A stretch of 17,216 nt of DNA, taken from a virus. The position numbers and the translations under genes were made by a program. The DNA lies in IMG/VR virus record IMGVR_UViG_3300043172_001413. One strand, given 5' to 3'. The notes below the pieces were generated by a model. That model had not been told where the DNA came from. It was given only the letters and a program-made list of their open reading frames with translations, and searched no databases. Shown one piece after another: positions 1 to 6,717 of the stretch (position 1 is its first letter; each line of letters starts with the position of its first letter).

Positions 1-122
1 AGGCATTCAATAACTGCTTTTTTATATCCTATCTTTGCCCTTGACAGAAGTCCGAGATGTTTGTTTCTGTTCTCCTTCAATTTTTGAAGAAGCTCTGTTT
101 TTTTAACTGTGACGCTATTCAT
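1..122 (-). CDS. Hypothetical protein, N-terminal part only (MNSVTVKKTELLQKLKENRNKHLGLL...); continues past window start
   Basis: ATG at 122..120 overlaps the TGA stop of the upstream gene (ATGA coupling); AAAAGGAGGTAAA Shine-Dalgarno sequence immediately upstream on the minus strand; open to the window edge. Confidence 0.4.
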   Translation of the reverse strand, partial: MNSVTVKKTELLQKLKENRNKHLGLLSRAKIGYKKAVIEC

Positions 123-427
123 TTTACCTCCTTTTTAACAGCTTTACTTAACAATGCTATTTCTCCTATGAGTTCCAGTAAATCTGAATCGTTAATAGGA
201 GACTCCAAAGTTTTATAGAGAGTCCGGTTTTTATCATTTTTAGCCCTTTTACGGTCACAAGCAAAAATATATATCCAGTTTTTATCTTGATATGTTTGAA
301 TTCTAAGGATATCCTGACCAGGCCAATTTTTAGCTTTTTTACGAGCATCAGCAGGAACATATGTTATACGAAGTTCATTTATTTCTACATAAAGATTACC
401 TGCACTATCTTTTTGAGCAAATTCCAT
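119..427 (-). CDS. Hypothetical protein, 102 aa
   Basis: ORF in a compact co-directional minus-strand gene string; no family recognised. Confidence 0.45.
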   Translation of the reverse strand: MEFAQKDSAGNLYVEINELRITYVPADARKKAKNWPGQDILRIQTYQDKNWIYIFACDRKRAKNDKNRTLYKTLESPINDSDLLELIGEIALLSKAVKKEVK

Positions 428-455
428 GACATACTCCTAAATGTTCAATTCTTTT

Positions 456-665
456 TTAGATTTCATCCAGTGTTTTAGAAGCCTCTTCCAGTGCTTTTGA
501 GGCGTGAGACAGAGTCTCTGAAGCTTTTGCCATAGCTTTATTTATTTTAAGTGCTTCAGGGCTATTAGAATCTATATGTTTATTATTTAAAATATAGATC
601 TGTTTAACAGTCGTAATGTCTCTTAAAGGCTTTAAAATAAAATCAATAAATTTCTTTAATATCAT
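456..665 (-). CDS. Hypothetical small helical protein, 69 aa
   Basis: ATG preceded by TTAAGGAGACATT (SD) on the minus strand; tightly spaced behind the preceding gene. Confidence 0.45.
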   Translation of the reverse strand: MILKKFIDFILKPLRDITTVKQIYILNNKHIDSNSPEALKINKAMAKASETLSHASKALEEASKTLDEI

Positions 666-675
666 AAATGTCTCC

Positions 676-1074
676 TTAATCTATATCGAATTCATCAGGA
701 CTGCCACAATCCGGGCATTTAGCAATGCCTTTTTTGTAATCTTTTTTGAAAGCTTTATCTGTCCACCACTTCTGGCGTTTGAATCTCCAGAAGATATTTT
801 TAAATTCTCTCCATGCCAGCCACCAGGAATGAGGATCTATTCTGCATTTATTTTCTTTTGCCCAGTTGCTGTCGAGTTTTATTCTACGGGGAAACCAGTA
901 TCCTTTATACTCAAACATGCGGGATAAGAAGACAGAAAAGGGATTGTAGGACCAGCCGAAGAGTTTTATGGGGCCTATCTTGAAAGTAAAATAGCCGGAT
1001 TTTCCGAAACTGAAGTTCCACCAATCGTCCTGGCTCCAGTTGCATCCTTTTGTATGACAGTGGAGATAAGCCAT
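676..1074 (-). CDS. Hypothetical Trp/Cys-rich protein, 132 aa, with CHTKGC (N-terminal) and CPDCG (C-terminal) pairs suggesting a zinc ribbon
   Basis: ORF with 12 Trp and two Cys pairs; co-oriented operon position. Confidence 0.5.
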   Translation of the reverse strand: MAYLHCHTKGCNWSQDDWWNFSFGKSGYFTFKIGPIKLFGWSYNPFSVFLSRMFEYKGYWFPRRIKLDSNWAKENKCRIDPHSWWLAWREFKNIFWRFKRQKWWTDKAFKKDYKKGIAKCPDCGSPDEFDID

Positions 1075-1244
1075 TAATCTTCTTCCTTTTTTATAGTAAA
1101 GATACCTTCTATGTCTTTTTTGAAAGCTTTCAACTGAGTTACAGACCCATTAGTTATTTGCCAACGAGCCCGTGCCTCAGAACTCGTCGGCTATCGTTTA
1201 CGTTTACACTTTCGCTTACACTTCATAAATAGCCTCTTTTTTAG

Positions 1245-1601
1245 CTACCAGCCTCTAGCTGGTGGAGATTCTCGTCCTCGCCATGTCGGACTATCGTCGT
1301 CTCCAGATATATAATACCCATCAGAATGAGATCGAGTCAGATCTTTGCAACTATCAGCAATCACAAAAATAATCACCAAAATTCCAAATAAAATCATTAT
1401 GATGGTTAGCGTTGATTCATTGAATACTTCGTCAGTTTTGAATCTTATCCAGTCTATTACTGATCCACCGACTAAAAATAAGATTAAGATGACGAAAACC
1501 CAGAATATAAACTCAATCTTTAGATTTCTTGCTAGAAAGTACAACATAACGAAGATGCCTCCACACAACACTACACCCAGAAGCCAAACTAGTCTCTTCA
1601 T
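1245..1601 (-). CDS. Small membrane protein (2-3 predicted TM helices)
   Basis: Long hydrophobic stretches (LVWLLGVVLCGGIFVMLYFL, IFWVFVILILFLVGG, IIMILFGILVIIFVI); the C-terminal tail may be an over-extension. Confidence 0.4.
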   Translation of the reverse strand: MKRLVWLLGVVLCGGIFVMLYFLARNLKIEFIFWVFVILILFLVGGSVIDWIRFKTDEVFNESTLTIIMILFGILVIIFVIADSCKDLTRSHSDGYYISGDDDSPTWRGRESPPARGW

Positions 1602-1643
1602 CAGCTCACTCTCTTTTCAAGTTCAAAAAGCTGATCTTCACAT

Positions 1644-1925
1644 TTAATCTTCTTCTTTTTTTATCGTCATGGTTCCTTTAACTGCATCAGGAAGACCTTG
1701 AGGGCTGATTGAAATTTCCGTTTGCTGCCAGCTCACGGAATATTTAGTCTCTTCATCCTCATCGAGAAAGTCATCTGTGTCATCTTCATTGTCGTCAACG
1801 TTGGCACTAAAACCACTGGGCCAGCCCCTCCACCAGACTGATAAAAAGAACATTGACGCTAATATAAGGAAGGTTATTAAAAAAGGATGAGTTTCAAAGT
1901 GCTCTAATAGAAGTTCTACGTCCAT
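1644..1925 (-). CDS. Small membrane protein with one TM helix and an acidic (D/E-rich) segment
   Basis: FLITFLILASMFFLSVWW TM segment followed by DDNEDDTDDFLDEDEE; overlaps the 73-aa gene by 32 nt, so the true start may be further downstream. Confidence 0.4.
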   Translation of the reverse strand: MDVELLLEHFETHPFLITFLILASMFFLSVWWRGWPSGFSANVDDNEDDTDDFLDEDEETKYSVSWQQTEISISPQGLPDAVKGTMTIKKEED

Positions 1926-2115
1926 TATTTTTTATTTCCTTTTTTACTAATGTTATGATTCCTCTGGCTGCAGGAATCCAGTTAAGCAAGGATTTTGCTA
2001 TATATTCACTGCGTTTCATACCGGCTACTTTTCTTCTTTTCTCCTGTGTGCCGGCCCAGTACTGTGTAGCGAGTATTCGAGCTATTCTTTTTTCTAATTC
2101 AAATTCTTTAGACAT
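1894..2115 (-). CDS. Small basic helical protein, 73 aa, translationally coupled to the E1 gene
   Basis: ATG at 2115 overlaps the E1 stop (2108) by 8 nt; Lys/Arg-rich. Confidence 0.35.
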   Translation of the reverse strand: MSKEFELEKRIARILATQYWAGTQEKRRKVAGMKRSEYIAKSLLNWIPAARGIITLVKKEIKNNGRRTSIRAL

Positions 2116-2755
2116 GAAATTCGTTAATTTTCAGATCCTTGAGAGTGATAAAGTAATTCTTTTTTGTACCATCGTTAAGATATTTAATTATAGTCTCAGA
2201 AGCAACCGCTACTGATAAAAGAATCACATTTCGGGCCAGCGGGTACTCACAAACATCGAGACCCTTCGGTTCCCCCGGTACCGTGTAAAATTCGTTCCAG
2301 ATAACTTCCGCGTAGTCTTTAAATAGCCCTACGTGCAGACAATCCAATTGATTTTCTTTACAATAATTATATAGTAACCCACGACTCTTTGATTCATCAA
2401 AAGAATCAATAACAATCTCGAAATTGGGCTTCTTTAAAATCTTTCCTATATTGTTTTCGGAGAGTTCTTTTGGTAATGAATTGAGAATAGTACCGGTTGA
2501 ATTATATATTTTTGTTTTCATTCTCTCAGTTTTTAAACCGCCAACATCAAGACGGTCCCATATTTGGGTGCCTTTATTGTGGTCTTCGACGCGGTCTTTA
2601 TCGACAGTAGATAGAGTTTTAAAGCCCTGCCGCGCCATATTATCGATGAGATTTGAACCAATGGCACCACATCCAGCAAACATTATACGTACCGCAGCCA
2701 TTTTCGTTAATAGTTTTTCCGTCCGGTATTCCTGTTCATGAGTGAATAAATCCAT
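2108..2755 (-). CDS. Minimal E1-like ThiF/MoeB-family adenylyltransferase (ubiquitin-activating-like)
   Basis: Rossmann nucleotide motif VRIMFAGCGAIGSNLIDNMARQGF followed by TLSTVDKDRVEDHNKGTQ, matching the ThiF/MoeB GxGxxG...D.D.VE.sN..RQ pattern; candidate catalytic Cys in LDVCEYP; sits 3 nt downstream of the JAB gene. Confidence 0.75.
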   Translation of the reverse strand: MDLFTHEQEYRTEKLLTKMAAVRIMFAGCGAIGSNLIDNMARQGFKTLSTVDKDRVEDHNKGTQIWDRLDVGGLKTERMKTKIYNSTGTILNSLPKELSENNIGKILKKPNFEIVIDSFDESKSRGLLYNYCKENQLDCLHVGLFKDYAEVIWNEFYTVPGEPKGLDVCEYPLARNVILLSVAVASETIIKYLNDGTKKNYFITLKDLKINEFHV

Positions 2756-2758
2756 AGT

Positions 2759-3157
2759 TTATCCGATCTTTATTCTGATGAAATGCCCTATTTTTTTGAA
2801 TGATACTTCATGGCATTCTACTTTTTTTTCTACTCTTCCGTAGATATACATTTTTTGTCTACCATTACCTTCTATACCGCATATGAGCGGTTTGCCCAAA
2901 GCTTTGACCCAACCTATCATTGTTGTGTCATCGATAGCAGACGGTGAAGGAGAGCCTCCTGGATGAGTATGGCTAAATCCTAAAATTTTTTTAGCATTTC
3001 GGACAACTTTTTTCCAGTTAAAATCAACGGAACCAGGATTACCCTCGGATTCATAAATAAAAACACCATATAGATATTCTCCCCATTTATATCCATAGAT
3101 GATCCAGCAATTTTCATTGAAAATTCTGTCTATCAATTTATCCGCCCTGTCTATCAA
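2759..3157 (-). CDS. JAB/MPN (JAMM) metalloprotease, 132 aa
   Basis: Exact JAMM signature E...FSHTHPGGSPSPSAIDD (HxHx7Sx2D) with the upstream Glu in VFIYESEGN; the annotated start is a TTG preceded by AAGGCGG. Confidence 0.8.
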   Translation of the reverse strand: MIDRADKLIDRIFNENCWIIYGYKWGEYLYGVFIYESEGNPGSVDFNWKKVVRNAKKILGFSHTHPGGSPSPSAIDDTTMIGWVKALGKPLICGIEGNGRQKMYIYGRVEKKVECHEVSFKKIGHFIRIKIG

Positions 3158-3167
3158 TTTATCCGCC
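3126..3167. repeat. Perfect 21-nt tandem duplication (ctgtctatcaatttatccgcc x2) covering the SD/start region of the JAB gene
   Basis: Direct repeat read in the sequence; on the minus strand it duplicates GGCGGATAAATTGATAGACAG, i.e. RBS-like GGCGG plus TTG start plus IDR codons. Confidence 0.7.
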
Positions 3168-3283
3168 TTGTTTCAGTAAAATGAGAATAACAGCTATGAA
3201 TAGTAAAATGATAAAGGGTAAAACCCTATTTTTAGAAAGAGTAAAAACAACAAAAAATAAGGTGTCTTTAAAAATATTTTTCT

Positions 3284-4144
3284 TCATAATGCCCTGCTTA
3301 TCTGGCCGGACCGCTGCCCTTCTTGAATAACAGAGATGAGACTCTTTAAATCAAAATCTTTATCACCCTCTCTGCCTGTGCCATGGTCAGTCAGACATAT
3401 CCCAGCAGTTATAACCCAATGTGCCGGATCTTTGGAAATAACTGAGTTGAATGTGTGCCCGTCTACTTCATAGGTAACAAAGAGATGGTCTGAGCGTTCC
3501 TTGCTTTCTATAAATTTTCCACCGGCATATTCTACGTCTCTCTGTATGTTTCCTTTTTTCTTTTCATCAGCAATTTTTTTATCAAGTTTATATTTAATGC
3601 TGTAAGCAATTTTTTCCTCAAGGGTTAAGCCGAAATGTTTTATCCTTCCCGGTGTTCTCAATTTTTTTATGGATTCCCTGAGGTAATCCGTCCGGATCGG
3701 ATCACCTGACATGTCTATGGAATCAAACCACAGGTTTGCACCGTCATATCTGCATATGCATTTAGCGAAGTCCTCTGCTGTATCGTCGAACAGGAATATC
3801 GGCAATAAATCGTTAACTTTGAAGTTCCAGTTATTGCTTTTCATGGGGACTCCGAAATACGCTTTCTTTTTCTTAAACACCAAAATCAGTCGTACTTTAG
3901 GTAAAAAGTTAAGATACCTCTGAATTTTATCTATGTCTGCGGGTGAGGTAACTTTTGCCCTTTTGTTATTGATAGCTTTAAAAGAATACCAACCCGGATC
4001 GGTTTTCGGTATCTCAAGACGGTAGATAATACCTTCGATCCGGGTGATGATCTCTCGATTATAAAAGATGGGAGAGATGATTTCCTTTTCAGTTATCATC
4101 TCCTCCTGCACTCCTATTCTATCAATTGTATCAAGAATGTTCAT
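3284..4144 (-). CDS. 286-aa protein whose C-terminus resembles a UBC/E2 active site (HWVITAGICLTDH versus E2 HPNI...G.ICLD); N-terminal ~200 aa unassigned
   Basis: ATG overlaps the stop of the upstream vWA gene (ATGA); motif similarity only, with a short tail after the Cys, so the E2 assignment is tentative. Confidence 0.5.
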   Translation of the reverse strand: MNILDTIDRIGVQEEMITEKEIISPIFYNREIITRIEGIIYRLEIPKTDPGWYSFKAINNKRAKVTSPADIDKIQRYLNFLPKVRLILVFKKKKAYFGVPMKSNNWNFKVNDLLPIFLFDDTAEDFAKCICRYDGANLWFDSIDMSGDPIRTDYLRESIKKLRTPGRIKHFGLTLEEKIAYSIKYKLDKKIADEKKKGNIQRDVEYAGGKFIESKERSDHLFVTYEVDGHTFNSVISKDPAHWVITAGICLTDHGTGREGDKDFDLKSLISVIQEGQRSGQISRAL

Positions 4145-5715
4145 GCTGCTTTTTTCTTTTTGCCGAAGTCTTTTCTCTTGGGAAGTGGTGTGTCCATGAT
4201 CTCATATAGAAGATCAAGTTTTGACTTCCGTGATAGTAAAGGTATAAGACCAGGTAATGCATAATAATCATCACCTTCAGGCTCGTAATAATCAAATGCA
4301 ATTTTAGCCAGTTTTAAACTCTGGCTGAGTTTTTTATTACCCCAATTAGTCTTCATGTATATAATGGTAATAGTAGGAGTAATGTTGTGCCTCAGTTCAT
4401 ACTTTTTAAAGGTATCAGCGAACCAAGGATCAGTATTCTCATCTTCATCAGTGATAATAACGATTTGTTCAACACAACGCCCTTTTCTCATAAGGAAATC
4501 CAAAGCTGAGCCAATGGATGTTCCGCCGTGAGCGTGCAACGGTTTGAAAGCTCTCTCCCAGGCAGACATACCAGTTTCGCCTTCTTCTGCAACAATCTCA
4601 CGCGCTGCTGTATCGAAAGCCACTACAATTAAATTAGCTTCAGTGGCTCCTGAGACGAGAGAAGAGACGCTTTTACCCACTTCGAGAGCTGTTTGCATAG
4701 ACCCACTTTTGTCGATAAAGATGGCAGTATCAACTTTTATGACACCTCTTTTCTTTATTTGGGTGTCTGCAATTTCCTCCAGAATTTTGACACTATTCTC
4801 ATCCTTGACTCTACCGGTTTTTACTGCTTGTTTTGACTTCAATGCAGAGACACTCTTTGATTTCTTTGCCTTTTCGAGTTTCTCTGTAATGAGTTTTTTG
4901 GTGTCCTCATTTTTCATCGCACCTTTTTCTTCAAGAGAAGCATAGTTGTTTATAACTTCCTGAGGAGACATGGCATTGATCAGAGCAACCAGAATTGATG
5001 GAGTAACTTTCTCAACCAATCCAACAGCGACGGTGTAAGGAATTTTGTTCTCTACAATCAGTCGTGCAACTTTTGCAGGGCTTTTCGTATCTGCTATCTG
5101 CTGAAAAACATTAAGCTTGCTGTCTTCAGGGTATTTGCTCTTGAAGAGAATCTCTTCAGCACGGTTGCTTGGTGCAATATGAAGAGTTGCATAGAGCCCT
5201 TTCAGATCATTTTTGTTTCTGATAACAATTGAATCAAAGATATCAGTTTCGGTTTCAATGTAATTTAAGAAAGCTCTGATATCATTTCTGAAAGATGTCG
5301 GTATATTCTTGAAGAGGCCTACAGTTTTTTCCTCTATAGTTATTTCATCGACTTTTCTCTTGCCTTTGAGAATTTTCTTCCCTGTTTTCCTTCTCAGCTT
5401 TATTTTCTTTCCTTTAACAAAGCCGACAACTTTCCTTTTCAGGAATGTAGGTAGATCTCTGAATAGAGCAAGACCAACTTCACGGTTTTCATGGTACGTA
5501 TCACATACAAGCGCTCCTACGAACACTTCTTTATGATCGCGTATATCTCCATTTTTGAAATACCATGCCGCCAGATGTGAGTAAAAGACTGGGTCGATTT
5601 TTTGCAGTTCCAGGTGCACATCTTTGAGTTTGTCAGTATCCCGGTGAGGGCAGCTTAAAAAGGAATTCAACATTCCGACTCTGACATCCTGTTCGTTTTC
5701 TCTAACTCTGTTCAT
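4141..5715 (-). CDS. 524-aa protein with a C-terminal von Willebrand factor A (vWA, MIDAS) domain, an alpha-helical N-terminal half and a lysine-rich basic linker; architecture resembles Ro60/Rsr (TROVE + vWA)
   Basis: MIDAS motif AIFIDKSGSMQ...(T)...VIITDEDEN; basic stretch KGKKIKLRRKTGKKILKGKRK; AAWYFKNG resembles Ro60 ADWYNEKG but the motifs are not colinear with Ro60, so TROVE is unproven; strong GGAGG SD. Confidence 0.8.
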   Translation of the reverse strand: MNRVRENEQDVRVGMLNSFLSCPHRDTDKLKDVHLELQKIDPVFYSHLAAWYFKNGDIRDHKEVFVGALVCDTYHENREVGLALFRDLPTFLKRKVVGFVKGKKIKLRRKTGKKILKGKRKVDEITIEEKTVGLFKNIPTSFRNDIRAFLNYIETETDIFDSIVIRNKNDLKGLYATLHIAPSNRAEEILFKSKYPEDSKLNVFQQIADTKSPAKVARLIVENKIPYTVAVGLVEKVTPSILVALINAMSPQEVINNYASLEEKGAMKNEDTKKLITEKLEKAKKSKSVSALKSKQAVKTGRVKDENSVKILEEIADTQIKKRGVIKVDTAIFIDKSGSMQTALEVGKSVSSLVSGATEANLIVVAFDTAAREIVAEEGETGMSAWERAFKPLHAHGGTSIGSALDFLMRKGRCVEQIVIITDEDENTDPWFADTFKKYELRHNITPTITIIYMKTNWGNKKLSQSLKLAKIAFDYYEPEGDDYYALPGLIPLLSRKSKLDLLYEIMDTPLPKRKDFGKKKKAA

Positions 5716-5747
5716 TCAATTTTCCTCCTTTTTGGTTAGAATGAATC

Positions 5748-6005
5748 TCAGGTACCGAAAGTCGCATTCGGTCTTACAGTAATATCACCTGACTTGTGGA
5801 ACTCAACAATCAGTTCGTTGAATTCATCTACCGGCTTGTCGAAATGATTTGCCAGGGCTCTTTTGATCTGGTCTCCGTTCAGATCTTTTGACTGAAGCTC
5901 AGCATCGTCTTCGATACCAAGACCAGCTCTGTCATCCACTGGGATAAGATCATCAAGATCAATATCCTCAGTTCTGCCATCATAAACGATGTGTACAGCG
6001 TCCAT
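5748..6005 (-). CDS. Small acidic protein with a beta-grasp-like N-terminus (candidate ubiquitin-like modifier), first gene of the operon; ends ...ATFGT
   Basis: MDAVHIVYDGRTEDIDL resembles the first beta-hairpin of ubiquitin (MQIFVKTLTGKTITLEV); AGGAGGAG SD; lies upstream of E2-like, JAB and E1 genes as in Ubl-E2-JAB-E1 operons; single C-terminal Gly followed by Thr. Confidence 0.45.
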   Translation of the reverse strand: MDAVHIVYDGRTEDIDLDDLIPVDDRAGLGIEDDAELQSKDLNGDQIKRALANHFDKPVDEFNELIVEFHKSGDITVRPNATFGT

Positions 6006-6043
6006 TATGACTCCTCCTGTTAAAGTAAAAAGTGTCCTCAGTT

Positions 6044-6074
6044 TATTATACCCATTTTCAACTGAGATTGTTCA
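6044..6074 (-). promoter_or_regulatory. Candidate sigma70-type promoter for the minus-strand operon (-35 TTGAAC, 19-nt spacer, -10 TATAAT)
   Basis: Minus-strand TATAAT at 6049..6044 and TTGAAC at 6074..6069; the spacer is 2 nt longer than optimal. Confidence 0.3.
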
Positions 6075-6194
6075 AGAAAATCACACTTTATTAATGATAC
6101 TGGTTTTTAGCTGTTAATTTAAACTAAAAAATGGTAATAATATAATTTTTTTCTGGGTCAAAGTAAAAAAAAATTAAAATAGTGAAAATAAGTG

Positions 6195-6223
6195 TTGACA
6201 GAACTTCTTTTTAGTGGTATATT
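6195..6223 (+). promoter_or_regulatory. Strong sigma70-type promoter: TTGACA, 17 nt, TG-n-TATATT (extended -10)
   Basis: TTGACA 6195..6200, spacer gaacttctttttagtgg, TATATT 6218..6223 with TG at 6215..6216; drives the plus-strand RNA cluster. Confidence 0.6.
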
Positions 6224-6258
6224 ATTCTTCGTAGAGTCTCTGCGCCCAAATTTATCGG

Positions 6259-6266
6259 GCGTACAT
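6259..6266 (+). promoter_or_regulatory. GCNTACAT motif copy A (gcgTACAT), 2 nt before tRNA-Val
   Basis: One of seven copies of (G)GCNTACAT-W, each immediately 5' of an RNA gene. Confidence 0.4.
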
Positions 6267-6268
6267 TT

Positions 6269-6343
6269 GAAGATATAGCTCAGTGGTAGAGCGATCATTT
6301 TACAGATGATAAGTCCCTGGCTCGAAACCAGGTTTCTTCACCA
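6269..6343 (+). tRNA. tRNA-Val (anticodon UAC), encoded CCA
   Basis: Cloverleaf folded by eye: acceptor GAAGATA/TTTCTTC (one T.T mismatch), D-arm GCTC-AGTGGTA-GAGC, anticodon stem ATCAT/ATGAT with loop TTTACAG, 5-nt variable loop, T-arm CCTGG-CTCGAAA-CCAGG (unusual C54), discriminator A, CCA. Confidence 0.75.
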
Positions 6344-6407
6344 AATCAGCACGATTAACTTGCGCAGGACTTTCTTTGAAATTATAGCAGAAAACCTAAC
6401 GGTAGAT

Positions 6408-6415
6408 GCTTACAT
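6408..6415 (+). promoter_or_regulatory. GCNTACAT motif copy B (gctTACAT)
   Basis: Motif copy preceding structured RNA B. Confidence 0.35.
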
Positions 6416-6524
6416 AACGTGAAGTCGAAAGACTTCCAGCCCCTCCACCTGCTCACAATCGGTAAGTGAGTTAGTGGTGGGGCTGGATTATCCCGGTTCG
6501 CCGGGAAGCACCTCAAACTTTTTT
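6416..6524 (+). ncRNA. Structured ncRNA B (~110 nt): GAAA-tetraloop hairpin, 12-bp GC-rich stem enclosing an inner hairpin, UUCG-tetraloop hairpin, then T6; boundaries approximate
   Basis: GAAGTC-GAAA-GACTTC (6421..6436); CCAGCCCCtCCAC/GTGGtGGGGCTGG (6436..6448 with 6474..6486) around CTCAC-AATCGGTAA-GTGAG; TCCCGG-TTCG-CCGGGA (6491..6506); T-run 6519..6524. Confidence 0.45.
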
Positions 6525-6567
6525 CTGCTTATTATAAATCGTAAATGGGCAACATCAGACATTGAGG

Positions 6568-6575
6568 GCTTACAT
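6568..6575 (+). promoter_or_regulatory. GCNTACAT motif copy C (gctTACAT)
   Basis: Motif copy preceding structured RNA C. Confidence 0.35.
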
Positions 6576-6671
6576 TAATTTTTAGGAATTAATCGTCCCC
6601 TGTAGAGTCAGGGGGCAAACCTCGGGGAAACCCGGGGAAAGCACTTAAGACTTGGTTGCTCATTTTTTTTT
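6576..6671 (+). ncRNA. Structured ncRNA C (~95 nt) ending in a T9 run: CCCCTG-TAGAGT-CAGGGG hairpin and a 7-bp GAAA-tetraloop hairpin; probable end of the first transcription unit
   Basis: Hairpins at 6597..6614 and 6620..6637; T9 at 6663..6671 preceded by only a weak AGCA/TGCT stem; boundaries approximate. Confidence 0.4.
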
Positions 6672-6676
6672 GGTCT

Positions 6677-6704
6677 TTGAAATTTTAATGTCACAACCTA
6701 ATTT
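6677..6704 (+). promoter_or_regulatory. Candidate promoter for tRNA-like D: -35 TTGAAA, 16 nt, -10 TAATTT; predicted start at the GCGTACAT motif
   Basis: TTGAAA 6677..6682; TAATTT 6699..6704; the -10 ends exactly 8 nt before TACAT, the same geometry as units E and F. Confidence 0.35.
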
Positions 6705-6709
6705 TTAAT

Positions 6710-6717
6710 GCGTACAT
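6710..6717 (+). promoter_or_regulatory. GCNTACAT motif copy D (gcgTACAT), abutting tRNA-like D
   Basis: The last T of TACAT is position 1 of the tRNA-like gene. Confidence 0.4.

Noticed and set aside
2424-5536. Plus-strand ORFs 2424..2741, 3711..3923, 4544..4945 and 5309..5536, and small ORFs at 166..360, 287..478, 616..927 and 1050..1232
   Set aside because: Each lies antisense to, or inside, a better-supported minus-strand gene with recognisable domains or translational coupling. None has an SD or recognisable motifs.
4141-5715. Confident assignment of the 524-aa protein as a Ro60 (TROVE) orthologue
   Set aside because: Only the vWA domain is unambiguous. The N-terminal similarity to Ro60 is limited to short motifs that are not colinear, so the TROVE call is kept as a hypothesis in the findings rather than as an annotation.
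6640-6671. Classical rho-independent terminator at the T9 run after RNA C
   Set aside because: The T9 is convincing, but the stem immediately upstream is only a weak 4-bp AGCA/TGCT pairing. The GC-rich GAAA-tetraloop hairpin lies 25 nt further upstream. I keep it as a probable transcript end but not as a canonical terminator.
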